A stretch of 53,950 bases of DNA, from NCBI GenBank assembly GCA_017539865.1, contig JAFYCE010000062.1, positions 1-53,950 on the forward strand, in the 5' to 3' direction. Shown piece by piece: positions 41,172 to 50,251 of the stretch (the stretch's first letter is position 1; each line of letters starts with the position of its first letter). Origin of the DNA: Alphaproteobacteria bacterium (lineage in GTDB: Bacteria; Pseudomonadota; Alphaproteobacteria; CAAGCB01; CAG-977). The notes under the pieces were generated by a model, which was given only the letters and a program-made list of their open reading frames with translations, did not search any database and was not told the origin of the DNA. Both the position numbers and the translations under genes were made by a program.

Positions 41172-41456
41172 ATGACAAAATCGGAATTGATTGCGCGTAT
41201 TGCCCAACTTAATCCGCATCTGTATCAAAGCGATGCAGAGAAAATCGTTTCTACCATTTTCAATGAAATCTCGGCTTCGCTGGCAAAGGGAAACCGCGTT
41301 GAATTGCGCGGCTTCGGGGTATTTTCCATCCGCACACGGAAAGCGCGCGCCGGACGCAACCCGAGAACCGGTGAAAAGGTCAGCGTCGCCGCTAAAAACG
41401 TTCCGTTTTTCAAAGCCGGCAAAAAGTTAAAAGACCGCCTGAATTCGGAAGATTAA
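41172..41456 (+). CDS. ihfB: Integration host factor subunit beta
   Basis: [30 protein letters not shown]; followed by lapA. Confidence 0.93.
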   Translation: MTKSELIARIAQLNPHLYQSDAEKIVSTIFNEISASLAKGNRVELRGFGVFSIRTRKARAGRNPRTGEKVSVAAKNVPFFKAGKKLKDRLNSED

Positions 41457-41467
41457 GGACGAAAACG

Positions 41468-41755
41468 GTGAAAATCCTTCATTTTATTTTCAGCTGCATC
41501 GTGCTGTTTCTGACCGTTTCCTTTGCTGTTTCGAACAAGCAGATGTTTCCTTTGACCCTATGGCCGTTTCCTTTTGAAATCCGTTTGCCGGTCAGTTTTA
41601 TTGTTTTGGCTTTTGCTTTACTGTTCTTTGTTTTTGGCGGTTTTTACAGTTGGCTGCTGTCCGTTCCGGTCAGAAACGAACGTTATCAGCAGGCTAAGAA
41701 AATCAAAGAACTGACACAGAAAATCGCAGAATTGGAAACGCCGGAACAGAAATAA
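41468..41755 (+). CDS. lapA: LapA-family (lipopolysaccharide assembly A) membrane protein
   Basis: FAVSN..LWP..P, two TMs and a coiled coil; canonical position after ihfB. Confidence 0.8.
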   Translation: MKILHFIFSCIVLFLTVSFAVSNKQMFPLTLWPFPFEIRLPVSFIVLAFALLFFVFGGFYSWLLSVPVRNERYQQAKKIKELTQKIAELETPEQK

Positions 41756-41828
41756 GATTTCTGTCGCTTTCTTTTTTTGTTTCTGCTAAAAGAATGTCCG
41801 TAAAGAGAATTATAAAACAGGAGCTTCT

Positions 41829-42716
41829 ATGAACTGGTTGACAAGCTATGTGCGTCCCAAACTTCAAAGTTTGGTCGGTACAAAAGAGATTCCGGACAAT
41901 TTATGGGAAAAATGCCCGTCGTGCGGCGCGATGATTTATCACCGCGAACTGGAACAAAGCTTCAACATCTGTCCGCAATGCAACCATCATATGCGTCTGG
42001 ATCCTGAAAAACGGCTGGAGATGATGTTTGACGACGGCGTTTACACACCGATAGAACTGCCCGCAGTCAAAGAAGACCCTCTGAATTTTTCCGATTTGAA
42101 AGACTATACCGACCGGTTGAAAGACGCCCGCAAAAAAACGAAACAACAGGACGCCCTGCTTGTCGCTTCGGGCAAGATGGGCGGAATGAACGTTGTTGTC
42201 GGAATATTCAATTTCAACTTCATGGGCGGCTCGATGGGGACGGCTGTCGGCGAAGGAATCGTCACGGCGGTGGAACTGGCTTTACTGCAGGATGCGGCGT
42301 TGGTTTTGATTCCCGCTTCCGGCGGGGCGCGCATGCAGGAAGGCATTCTGTCGTTGATGCAGATGGCTCGAACGACCATGGCCGTCCGGAAATTAAAAGA
42401 AAAAGGATTGCCGTATTTTGTCATTTTGACCGACCCGACAATGGGCGGCGTTTCGGCATCTTTTGCCATGCTGGGCGACATCGCCATCGCCGAACCGGGG
42501 GCATTGATCGGTTTTGCCGGCGCCCGCGTCATTGAACAGACCATCCGCGCCAGCCTTCCCGAAGGCTTTCAAAAAGCCGAATACCTGATGGAACACGGCA
42601 TGGTCGATATGGTGATAGACCGCCGCAAGATTCGTCAAACGCTGATCAACCTGATGGATATGCTTCGCCATCCTCATCCGGCGACAGCTCCGGTTCCTTT
42701 CGTTCGTAAAAATTAA
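41829..42716 (+). CDS. accD: Acetyl-CoA carboxylase carboxyltransferase beta subunit
   Basis: LWEKCPSC..CPQC zinc finger, FMGGSMG, SGGARMQEG. Confidence 0.96.
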   Translation: MNWLTSYVRPKLQSLVGTKEIPDNLWEKCPSCGAMIYHRELEQSFNICPQCNHHMRLDPEKRLEMMFDDGVYTPIELPAVKEDPLNFSDLKDYTDRLKDARKKTKQQDALLVASGKMGGMNVVVGIFNFNFMGGSMGTAVGEGIVTAVELALLQDAALVLIPASGGARMQEGILSLMQMARTTMAVRKLKEKGLPYFVILTDPTMGGVSASFAMLGDIAIAEPGALIGFAGARVIEQTIRASLPEGFQKAEYLMEHGMVDMVIDRRKIRQTLINLMDMLRHPHPATAPVPFVRKN

Positions 42717-42727
42717 AGAGGTTTTTC

Positions 42728-43921
42728 ATGACACCGACTAAGCCGTTGGCCGGAATCAAAGTTCTGGATTTGACCCGCGTTTTGTCCGGCCCGTATTGCG
42801 CCCAAATGTTGTTGGACATGGGAGCGGACGTTTTAAAAATCGAAAATCCGGCATGGGGGGATGACGCCCGCCTGTTCCAGCCGTTCGTCGGCAAAAAGAG
42901 TCTTTATTTCGAATGCGTCAACGGCGGTAAAAAAAGTCTGACATTGAACTTCAAAAATCCGAAAGCGGTTGACATCCTCAAAAAACTGATTGTTGACGCC
43001 GACATCTTAGTCGAAAACTATCGTCCGGGGATTATGAAAAAGTTCGGCTTGGACTACGAAAACGTCAAAAAAATCAATCCGCGCCTGATTTACGCATCGA
43101 TTTCAGGATTCGGACAAACGGGGCCTGACGCGATGAAACCCGCTTATGACATTTTGACACAGGCGCGCGGCGGCGTGATGAGCCTAACCGGTTATCCGGA
43201 CGGTGATCCGATGATGGTCGGCATATCGTTCAGCGACATGATTGCCGGCGTGTTTGCCGTCACGGCCATTACAACGGCTCTTTATCAGCGGGAAAAAACG
43301 AACGAAGGCCAGCAAATCGACATTTCCATGTTGGACTGTCAGGTTTCTTTGCTGGAAAGTTCGATGATGCGCTACCAATTTTCAAAGGTCGCACCGAAAC
43401 CGGTCGGCTGCCGCCATCCGACGGAAGCCCCTTTCCAGTCGTTCAATGCGTCCGACAGACCGTTTGTCATCGCGGCCATCGGCGATGTGATGTTCCAAAA
43501 GCTTTGCGCTTTGGTCGGTCATCCGGATCTGCCCGCCGACCCGAAGTTTTCATCAACGGCGGCGCGTCATGAAAACCGTGACGAGCTGGCCGTCATCCTG
43601 CAAAAGGAATTTTCGAAAAAAACGGCAAAAGAATGGGTGAGCGCGCTGGAAGGAAACGGCATTCCCGTTTCCTTGATTCAAAATCTGGAGGAAGTCTGCC
43701 AAGACCCGCAAGTCATCGCCCGCCACATGATGATCGATTCCGAAGATCCGGAATTGAAGGACATCAAGCTGATGGCCACGCCGATTAAAATGTCGATGTT
43801 GCCGAATCAGATTTCCCGTCCCGCCGCCCCCGCTTTGGGACAAGATACGGCGGATATTTTGCACAAACTTGGCATGAACGACGACCAAATCCAAGAATTG
43901 AAAAAAGAAGGCGTTATTTGA
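42728..43921 (+). CDS. CaiB/BaiF family (class III) CoA-transferase
   Basis: LAGIKVLDLTRVLSGP, ENYRPG, SGFGQTGP, catalytic D in SFSDMIAG. Confidence 0.92.
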   Translation: MTPTKPLAGIKVLDLTRVLSGPYCAQMLLDMGADVLKIENPAWGDDARLFQPFVGKKSLYFECVNGGKKSLTLNFKNPKAVDILKKLIVDADILVENYRPGIMKKFGLDYENVKKINPRLIYASISGFGQTGPDAMKPAYDILTQARGGVMSLTGYPDGDPMMVGISFSDMIAGVFAVTAITTALYQREKTNEGQQIDISMLDCQVSLLESSMMRYQFSKVAPKPVGCRHPTEAPFQSFNASDRPFVIAAIGDVMFQKLCALVGHPDLPADPKFSSTAARHENRDELAVILQKEFSKKTAKEWVSALEGNGIPVSLIQNLEEVCQDPQVIARHMMIDSEDPELKDIKLMATPIKMSMLPNQISRPAAPALGQDTADILHKLGMNDDQIQELKKEGVI

Positions 43922-43940
43922 TAACGCCTTTTTAATTACA

Positions 43941-43977
43941 AAAAGAAGCCTTCGGATTTTTCCAAAGGCTTCTTTTT
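43941..43977. terminator. Bidirectional terminator
   Basis: AAAAGAAGCCTT...AAGGCTTCTTTT between convergent genes. Confidence 0.85.
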
Positions 43978-44001
43978 CAAGGCAGGAAACGATGTCGTTT
44001 C

Positions 44002-46095
44002 TTAAACAACGCTGAACAGCAGGTCGGAATACGTCGGGAACGGCCAGTATTCTCTGGCAGTCAAGACTTCCGCCATATCGCACGCCGTACGCAATTCCGC
44101 CATTTTTCCGATGACGTTGTCGCGGACGGCATAGGATTTTTCAAAAACGTCAGTAATCATATCGACGCTTTTAACGGCTTGTTCCAATTCGCCGGCGGCT
44201 TTAATGGCTCTGACGGTCAGATCGGACAGTTTTGAAATCGTTTCCGTTTCAAAGGAAGCTTCGGCAATCGGACAGACTTTGTGTTTAACGTCCGCCGTTT
44301 CCGCCAGTTTTCCGATGTATTTTTCGATGGCCGGCAAAATTTCGCGGCGGGACATTTCAAGCATGGTGTTTGCTTCGATCAAAACGGTTTTCACATAGTT
44401 TTCCAAAATGATCTCGCAGCGCGAAGCCAATTCGGCTCGACTGAAAACGCCTTGTTTCATCAGCATGGAAGCGTTCTTTTCATCTAGCGATCTCGGCATG
44501 CAGTCCGGCGTCGTCTTCAAATTGGAAAGGCCGCGCTTTTCGGCTTCTTTAATCCACGATTCATCATAACCGTTTCCATCGAATAAAATGCGTTTGTGGT
44601 TTGTGATTGCGGTTTTCAACAAATCTTTCAACGCTGTTTTGAAATCCGTTGCGTTTTCCAGAACGTCGGCGTATTCGGACAACGTTTCCGCAACCGCCGC
44701 GTTCAGCATGATGTTAGCGCAGGCGATGCTGTTTGACGACCCGAGCATACGGAATTCAAACTTGTTGCCCGTAAAAGCGAACGGGGAAGTCCGGTTGCGG
44801 TCGGTGGTATCGCGCAGGAACTTCGGCAGAGCCGGAACGCCGAACATCATTTCCGTTTTCTTGACGCCGTCAAAGGAGGTGCCGTTTTCGATCGCGTTCA
44901 AGACTCCGGTCAGTTCTTCGCCCAAAAAGATGGAAACGATGGCGGGAGGTGCTTCATTCGCGCCCAGACGGTGGTCGTTGCCTGCTGAAGCGACGGAGGA
45001 TCTCAGCAGATCCTGATAGGTGTCGACGGATTGAATGATCGCGCAAAGGAACAGCAGGAAGCGTGCGTTTTCCGCCGGTGTTTCCCCCGGTTTCAGCAGA
45101 TTGTCGCCGCCGTCGGTCGCCAAAGACCAGTTGTTGTGCTTACCGCTACCATTAACGCCCGCGAACGGTTTTTCGTGCAGCAGGCAAACCAATCCGTGCC
45201 GCAAGGCGACTTTTTGCATCAATTCCATCGTCAGCTGATTGTGATCCGTTGCAATGTTGGCGGTTACAAATATCGGCGCCATTTCGTGCTGCGACGGGGC
45301 GACTTCGTTATGTTCGGTTTTGGCCAGAATGCCCGCTTTCCACAATTCTTCGTTCAAATCGGCCATAAATTCGGCGACACGGGGTTTGATGGAACCGAAA
45401 TAGTGGTCTTCCAATTCCTGCCCTTTCGGCGGTTTTGCGCCGAACAGCGTGCGTCCGGTAAAGATCAGGTCTTTGCGTTTTTTGAACAGTTCGCGATCGA
45501 TCAGAAAATATTCCTGTTCCGGACCGACACAGGGAACGACGCGCTTTGTTGCTTGGTCGCCGAACAGGCGCAGGATCCTCAACGCTTGCGTATTCAGAGC
45601 CTCCATCGAACGGAGCAGAGGCGTCTTCTTGTCCAGAACCGAACCGTCATAAGAACAGAAGGCGGTCGGAATGCACAAAGTTTTGTCTTTTATGAAAGCG
45701 AAGGAAGTCGGATCCCACGCCGTATAGCCGCGCGCTTCGAACGTGGCGCGCAGGCCGCCGGACGGAAAAGAGGAAGCGTCGGGTTCGCCGTGAATCAGTT
45801 CTTTTCCGGAAAATTCCATAATGATACCGCCGTCGGGAGACGGAGAAATGAAGCTGTCGTGTTTTTCCGCTGTCAGTCCGGTCATCGGTTGAAACCAATG
45901 GGTGAAGTGGGTCGCCCCTTTCGAGATCGCCCAGTTTTTCATCGCGTTGGCAACGGGGTTCGCAACGGAAATATCCAAAGGCGCGCCTTCGTCGATCGTT
46001 TTTTTCAGGGAACGGTAAACGTTCGCATCCAGTGACGCTTTCATTGCGCGTTCGTTAAAAACCATGCTGCCGAACAGTTCGGGAATACTCTCCAT
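44002..46095 (-). CDS. glnA: Glutamine synthetase type III
   Basis: [65 protein letters not shown]. Confidence 0.95.
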   Translation of the reverse strand: MESIPELFGSMVFNERAMKASLDANVYRSLKKTIDEGAPLDISVANPVANAMKNWAISKGATHFTHWFQPMTGLTAEKHDSFISPSPDGGIIMEFSGKELIHGEPDASSFPSGGLRATFEARGYTAWDPTSFAFIKDKTLCIPTAFCSYDGSVLDKKTPLLRSMEALNTQALRILRLFGDQATKRVVPCVGPEQEYFLIDRELFKKRKDLIFTGRTLFGAKPPKGQELEDHYFGSIKPRVAEFMADLNEELWKAGILAKTEHNEVAPSQHEMAPIFVTANIATDHNQLTMELMQKVALRHGLVCLLHEKPFAGVNGSGKHNNWSLATDGGDNLLKPGETPAENARFLLFLCAIIQSVDTYQDLLRSSVASAGNDHRLGANEAPPAIVSIFLGEELTGVLNAIENGTSFDGVKKTEMMFGVPALPKFLRDTTDRNRTSPFAFTGNKFEFRMLGSSNSIACANIMLNAAVAETLSEYADVLENATDFKTALKDLLKTAITNHKRILFDGNGYDESWIKEAEKRGLSNLKTTPDCMPRSLDEKNASMLMKQGVFSRAELASRCEIILENYVKTVLIEANTMLEMSRREILPAIEKYIGKLAETADVKHKVCPIAEASFETETISKLSDLTVRAIKAAGELEQAVKSVDMITDVFEKSYAVRDNVIGKMAELRTACDMAEVLTAREYWPFPTYSDLLFSVV

Positions 46096-46119
46096 TTTTT
46101 TTCTCCGTAAAAAAAGCAC

Positions 46120-46165
46120 AAAAAAAGACGTATCGAAGGAAAAACCTTCGAGACGCCTTTGTCTC
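46120..46165 (-). promoter_or_regulatory. ANTAR-type hairpin overlapping a leader terminator (attenuator) of glnA-III
   Basis: Minus strand GAGAC-AAAGGC-GTCTC (hexaloop with A1/G4) overlaps the 5' arm of AAGGCGTCTCGAAGG-TTTTT-CCTTCGATACGTCTT plus U run. Confidence 0.8.
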
Positions 46166-46176
46166 AACAGAGCAGA

Positions 46177-46229
46177 GTATTATCCCTTTGAAAAAAAGAT
46201 TGCAAGGATTTTTTTTCGGGTGGTATAAA
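46177..46229. promoter_or_regulatory. Divergent sigma70-type promoters sharing a palindromic -35 (TTGCAA, 46200-46205)
   Basis: Plus: TTGCAA-18 nt-TATAAA with extended TG; minus: TTGCAA-17 nt-TAATAC. Confidence 0.55.
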
Positions 46230-46238
46230 GAAAACAGA

Positions 46239-46297
46239 GAACAATGGCGTTCACCCGACGGGAAATGTATGTTTTCCGCGGATGGGCGTTTTTTTTT
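46239..46297 (+). promoter_or_regulatory. ANTAR-type hairpin overlapping a leader terminator of the GS-I-like/ANTAR/nadE operon
   Basis: GAAC-AATGGC-GTTC (A1/G4 hexaloop) overlaps the terminator GCGTTCA..CGGGAAA..TTTTCCG..TGGGCG followed by T9. Confidence 0.8.
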
Positions 46298-46317
46298 GCA
46301 AGAAACGGAGAACGGCT

Positions 46318-47526
46318 ATGAAATATACGGTGGAAGACGTCAAAAACTATATTCGCGAAGAGGACGTGAAATTCATCCGTCTGGCGTTTTGCGATGTTTA
46401 CGGCACACAAAAGAACATATCCGTCATGCCCGATGAAATCGACCGCGCTTTTACGACCGGCATCGCGTTTGACGCTTCGGCCGTCAAAGGATTCGGCGAT
46501 GAGGCTCATTCGGATTTGTTTCTTAGTCCCGATCCGGCGACTTTGGCCGTTTTTCCGTGGCGTCCCGAACACGGCCGCGTTGTCCGTATGTTCTGCTCAA
46601 TCAAACGTCCGGACGGCAGTCTTTTTGAAAACGACACGCGCTCCATTCTGCAAAAAGCCGTTAAAACGGCGGAGGAAAAGGGCGTTTCCTTTTCTTTCGG
46701 CGCGGAAATGGAATTTTTTCTTTACCTGTGCGACGAAAACGGCGAACCGACTCAAATCCCCTATGACAAAGCGGGATATATGGATATCGCCCCCAAAGAC
46801 AAAGGCGAAAACGTCCGCCGCGAGATTTGCCTGACACTGGAACAGATGGGCTTTCATCCGGAAGCCTCCCATCATGAGGAAGGGCCGGGGCAGAACGAAA
46901 TCGATTTCCGTTATTCCGATCCGTTAGGCGCGGCGGACGACACGATCACTTTCCGCAGTGTCGTCAGAACGATCGCCGCCAGAAACGGGCTATACGCCGA
47001 TTTTTCGCCCAAGCCGCTGACCGACAAACCGGGAAACGGATTCCATATCAACTTTTCGGCTCAAAAAACGGACGGAACGGATGTGACGACTTTCGCCGCC
47101 GCCGGTGTTCTGGATAAATCCGCCGCAATGACGCTTTTTTTGAATCCGTCCGAAAATTCTTACGCCCGTTTCGGAAAAAGCAAAGCGCCGCGTTATATCG
47201 CGTGGTCGGAACAAAACCGCTCGCCGCTGATCCGGATTCCGGCGGCGCAAGGAGAATACCGCCGCGCCGAACTGCGTTCGCCCGATTCCGAAACAAATCC
47301 GTATGTGGCGTTTGCGTTGATGATCCATGCGGGACTGGAGGGAATCGAAAACAAAATGATTTTACCGCCGCCCGCCGGTTTCAACCTGTTCACCGCAACG
47401 CCCGAACAACTGGAACGTTTTGCCGTACTGCCGCAATCGCTTTCAGAAGCCCGTCAAACGGCGGTTTCGTCGGATTTCATTAAAGCAACTCTGCCGGCTT
47501 CTCTGACGGATTCGTATTTGTTGTAA
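46318..47526 (+). CDS. Glutamine synthetase type I-like protein (short)
   Basis: VKFIRLAFCD, GAEMEFF, SHHEEGPGQNEIDF, PKP..GNGFH, NRSPLIRIP, ELRSPD. Confidence 0.88.
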   Translation: MKYTVEDVKNYIREEDVKFIRLAFCDVYGTQKNISVMPDEIDRAFTTGIAFDASAVKGFGDEAHSDLFLSPDPATLAVFPWRPEHGRVVRMFCSIKRPDGSLFENDTRSILQKAVKTAEEKGVSFSFGAEMEFFLYLCDENGEPTQIPYDKAGYMDIAPKDKGENVRREICLTLEQMGFHPEASHHEEGPGQNEIDFRYSDPLGAADDTITFRSVVRTIAARNGLYADFSPKPLTDKPGNGFHINFSAQKTDGTDVTTFAAAGVLDKSAAMTLFLNPSENSYARFGKSKAPRYIAWSEQNRSPLIRIPAAQGEYRRAELRSPDSETNPYVAFALMIHAGLEGIENKMILPPPAGFNLFTATPEQLERFAVLPQSLSEARQTAVSSDFIKATLPASLTDSYLL

Positions 47527-47536
47527 AGGAACATCT

Positions 47537-48118
47537 ATGCAGGCCGAACGCGTCTATTCCGTGCTGATCGTTTCCGCGAATGATAAATTTGCGGACGCTT
47601 TCCGCGCGCGTTTGGATTCCGTTCTTTTCCCCGACATATCCGTTGTTTCGAATGAAGCGGCGGCGAAACGCGCCGTTTTGGATAAAACGTTCGATATCGT
47701 CCTGATAAATTGTCCTTTGCCGGACGCGTTCGGCGACGAATTGGCCGCCGACCTTTGCAGGAAATCGCAGTCTGCCGCGGCGTTATGTGTCAACGCTTCG
47801 ATTTACGACGAAGTCTTTGCCAAAGTGTATTCTTCCGGTGTGTTTGTGCTGAAAAAACCCCTGACGACGGAAATGATCGATCAGGCGGTCGATTGGCTTC
47901 GCACCGTGCGCGAGCGTCTGCGGAAAAATCAGGAAAAGAATGTCAGCCTGCAGGAAAAGATGGAGGAGATCCGCTTGGTCAACCGTGCTAAATGGCTGTT
48001 GATCGATAAATTGAAAATGACCGAAAGCGACGCTCACCGCTTTATTGAAAAGCAGGCGATGAATCTGGGAATCACCAAAAAGGAAATGGCTGATAAAGTC
48101 ATTCGGTCATACGGTTGA
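47537..48118 (+). CDS. ANTAR RNA-binding antiterminator with atypical receiver domain (NitR/AmiR-like)
   Basis: C-terminal EEIRLVNRAKWLLI..MTESDAHRFIEKQAM ANTAR motif; receiver reads DIVLIN rather than D..D. Confidence 0.9.
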   Translation: MQAERVYSVLIVSANDKFADAFRARLDSVLFPDISVVSNEAAAKRAVLDKTFDIVLINCPLPDAFGDELAADLCRKSQSAAALCVNASIYDEVFAKVYSSGVFVLKKPLTTEMIDQAVDWLRTVRERLRKNQEKNVSLQEKMEEIRLVNRAKWLLIDKLKMTESDAHRFIEKQAMNLGITKKEMADKVIRSYG

Positions 48119-48131
48119 AAGGAATGAAAAA

Positions 48132-50036
48132 ATGAAAGACGGTTTTATCAAAGTTGCGGCCGTTACGCCGGAAGTCAAAGTCGCCGACGTCGATTACAAC
48201 AGCCAAACCGTTTGTTCTTATATGGAACAAATCGCGCGGGAAAAAATCAAAGTCGCGGTGTTTCCGGAACTTTGCCTGACCGGCTATTCGTGCCAAGATC
48301 TTTTTTTGCAGGACAGCTTGTCGGAAACCGCGGAAAAAGCCCTTTTGACCGTTGCCAAAAAAAGCGAAAAAATCGACGGCTTGTTTTTTATCGGTTTGCC
48401 GTTGGTCGTTGACGGAAAGCTTTATAATACGGCGGCGGCCGTCAGCCGCGGAAAAATCCTCGGCATTGTTCCGAAAATCCATTTGCCGAACTACAATGAA
48501 TTTTACGAAGCCCGCCATTTCCATTCCGGCAGGAACTTGGATACGGCCGTTCAAATCGGCGGCCGAACTGTTCCGGTCAAAAGCAAGCTGATGTTTTGTT
48601 GTAAAGAAATGCCGTCCCTTAGGATTGCGGCGGAATTGTGCGAAGATTTATGGACGCCGGAGCCTCCGAGCATTGCTCATTGCTTGGCGGGGGCGACGGT
48701 GATCGCAAACCTGTCGGCGTCGAACGAAATCACGGGAAAAAGCCGCTACCGCAGAGAGTTGGTCAAAGGGCAGTCGGCACGGCTGATTTGCGGCTATGTG
48801 TATGCTTCGGCCGGAAACGGCGAATCTACGCAGGATGTCGTTTATTCCGGACATGACATTATCGCCGAAAACGGAACCGTTCTGGCCGAATCGAAAGTCT
48901 TTTCCGAAGGGATTACGGCGGCGGAATTCGACCTGAAACGGCTGGAATCCGATCGCAGAAGAATGACGACTTATGAATCGGAACCGGATGACGACTATAC
49001 GAAAGAGACTTTTTCGCTTGAGGTTGCTGAAACGGAACTGCACCGTTTCATCGATCCGTATCCGTTTGTACCGTCCGATAAATCGGAAAGGGATGTCCGG
49101 TGCGACGAAATCATTTCCATTCAAGCCTCAGGATTGAAAAAACGCTTGGAGCATATCGGTTGTAAACGGGCCGTTATCGGCATTTCCGGCGGGTTGGATT
49201 CCACTCTGGCTTTGTTGGTGACGGCACGGGCTTTTGATTTGCTCGGGCTGGACAGGAAAGGAATTCTGGCCGTCACGATGCCCGGTTTCGGCACGACCGA
49301 CCGCACCTATAACAACGCCGTTTCCTTGATTCGCCGTCTCGGGGCGGAGTTTTCGGAAATCAATATCGCCAATGCGGTCACCGTTCACTTTGCGGATATC
49401 GGACACGACCCGCAGGTGCGCGATGTCACGTATGAAAATTCTCAAGCTCGGGAAAGAACGCAAATTCTGATGGATTTGGCCAATCAAAACAACGGAATCG
49501 TTATTGGAACGGGCGATTTGTCCGAACTGGCGTTAGGCTGGGCGACGTATTGCGGCGATCATATGTCCATGTATGCCGTCAACGCTTCCGTACCGAAAAC
49601 GCTGGTCAGACATTTGGTCGGATATTTTGCGGACACCTGCGGGGAAAAGGAACTTTCGGACACGTTGCGCGACATTCTGGACACGCCTGTATCTCCCGAG
49701 CTTCTGCCGGCGGAAAACGGAAAAATATCCCAAAAAACGGAAGATCTGGTCGGGCCTTACGAACTGCACGACTTTTTCCTGTATCATATGCTCAGAGGCG
49801 GCAGTACGCCTGACAAAATCCGCCGTCTGGCCGAAATCGCCTTTAAAGACAAGTATGCGGACGCCGTTATTCTGAAATGGGAAAAGACATTCTATCAACG
49901 CTTTTTCGCGCAACACTTCAAACGGAGCTGTCTGCCGGACGGCCCGAAAGTGGGATCGGTCGCATTGTCGCCCCGCGGAGATCTGCGGATGCCGACGGAC
50001 GCCTGCGCTTCGATCTGGTTGAAAGAATTGGATTGA
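48132..50036 (+). CDS. nadE: Glutamine-dependent NAD+ synthetase
   Basis: Nitrilase domain FPEL, PK.HLPNY, ELCEDLW; synthetase GISGGLDS, ENSQARER, GTGDLSE. Confidence 0.95.
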   Translation: MKDGFIKVAAVTPEVKVADVDYNSQTVCSYMEQIAREKIKVAVFPELCLTGYSCQDLFLQDSLSETAEKALLTVAKKSEKIDGLFFIGLPLVVDGKLYNTAAAVSRGKILGIVPKIHLPNYNEFYEARHFHSGRNLDTAVQIGGRTVPVKSKLMFCCKEMPSLRIAAELCEDLWTPEPPSIAHCLAGATVIANLSASNEITGKSRYRRELVKGQSARLICGYVYASAGNGESTQDVVYSGHDIIAENGTVLAESKVFSEGITAAEFDLKRLESDRRRMTTYESEPDDDYTKETFSLEVAETELHRFIDPYPFVPSDKSERDVRCDEIISIQASGLKKRLEHIGCKRAVIGISGGLDSTLALLVTARAFDLLGLDRKGILAVTMPGFGTTDRTYNNAVSLIRRLGAEFSEINIANAVTVHFADIGHDPQVRDVTYENSQARERTQILMDLANQNNGIVIGTGDLSELALGWATYCGDHMSMYAVNASVPKTLVRHLVGYFADTCGEKELSDTLRDILDTPVSPELLPAENGKISQKTEDLVGPYELHDFFLYHMLRGGSTPDKIRRLAEIAFKDKYADAVILKWEKTFYQRFFAQHFKRSCLPDGPKVGSVALSPRGDLRMPTDACASIWLKELD

Positions 50037-50181
50037 CTGGGAACTGTCATTCATTTTTCTTTTATTTTTCAATAAGTTGTCGGATTTTAAGTTTCATTCT
50101 TGCCAATCTGGTTTTAACAAGGTTTATTTGCGCGATGCTGCCGTAAAAAGGAAGACGCGAAAAAATTTTTTTCAAAAAAGC

Positions 50182-50210
50182 TTGACAAAAAAATAAAAAA
50201 TAACGATATT
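50182..50210 (+). promoter_or_regulatory. Sigma70-type promoter of ORF 50252
   Basis: TTGACA-17 nt-GATATT; G-rich RBS before ATG 50252. Confidence 0.5.
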
Positions 50211-50251
50211 TACAGTTGCATTTACTTTTTAAAATACAGGGGGGGGTAGAA

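Noticed and set aside
45031-46035. 334-aa antisense ORF over glnA-III (also 17597-18535 over clpA and 23700-24557 over fba)
   Set aside because: Shadow frames of conserved genes
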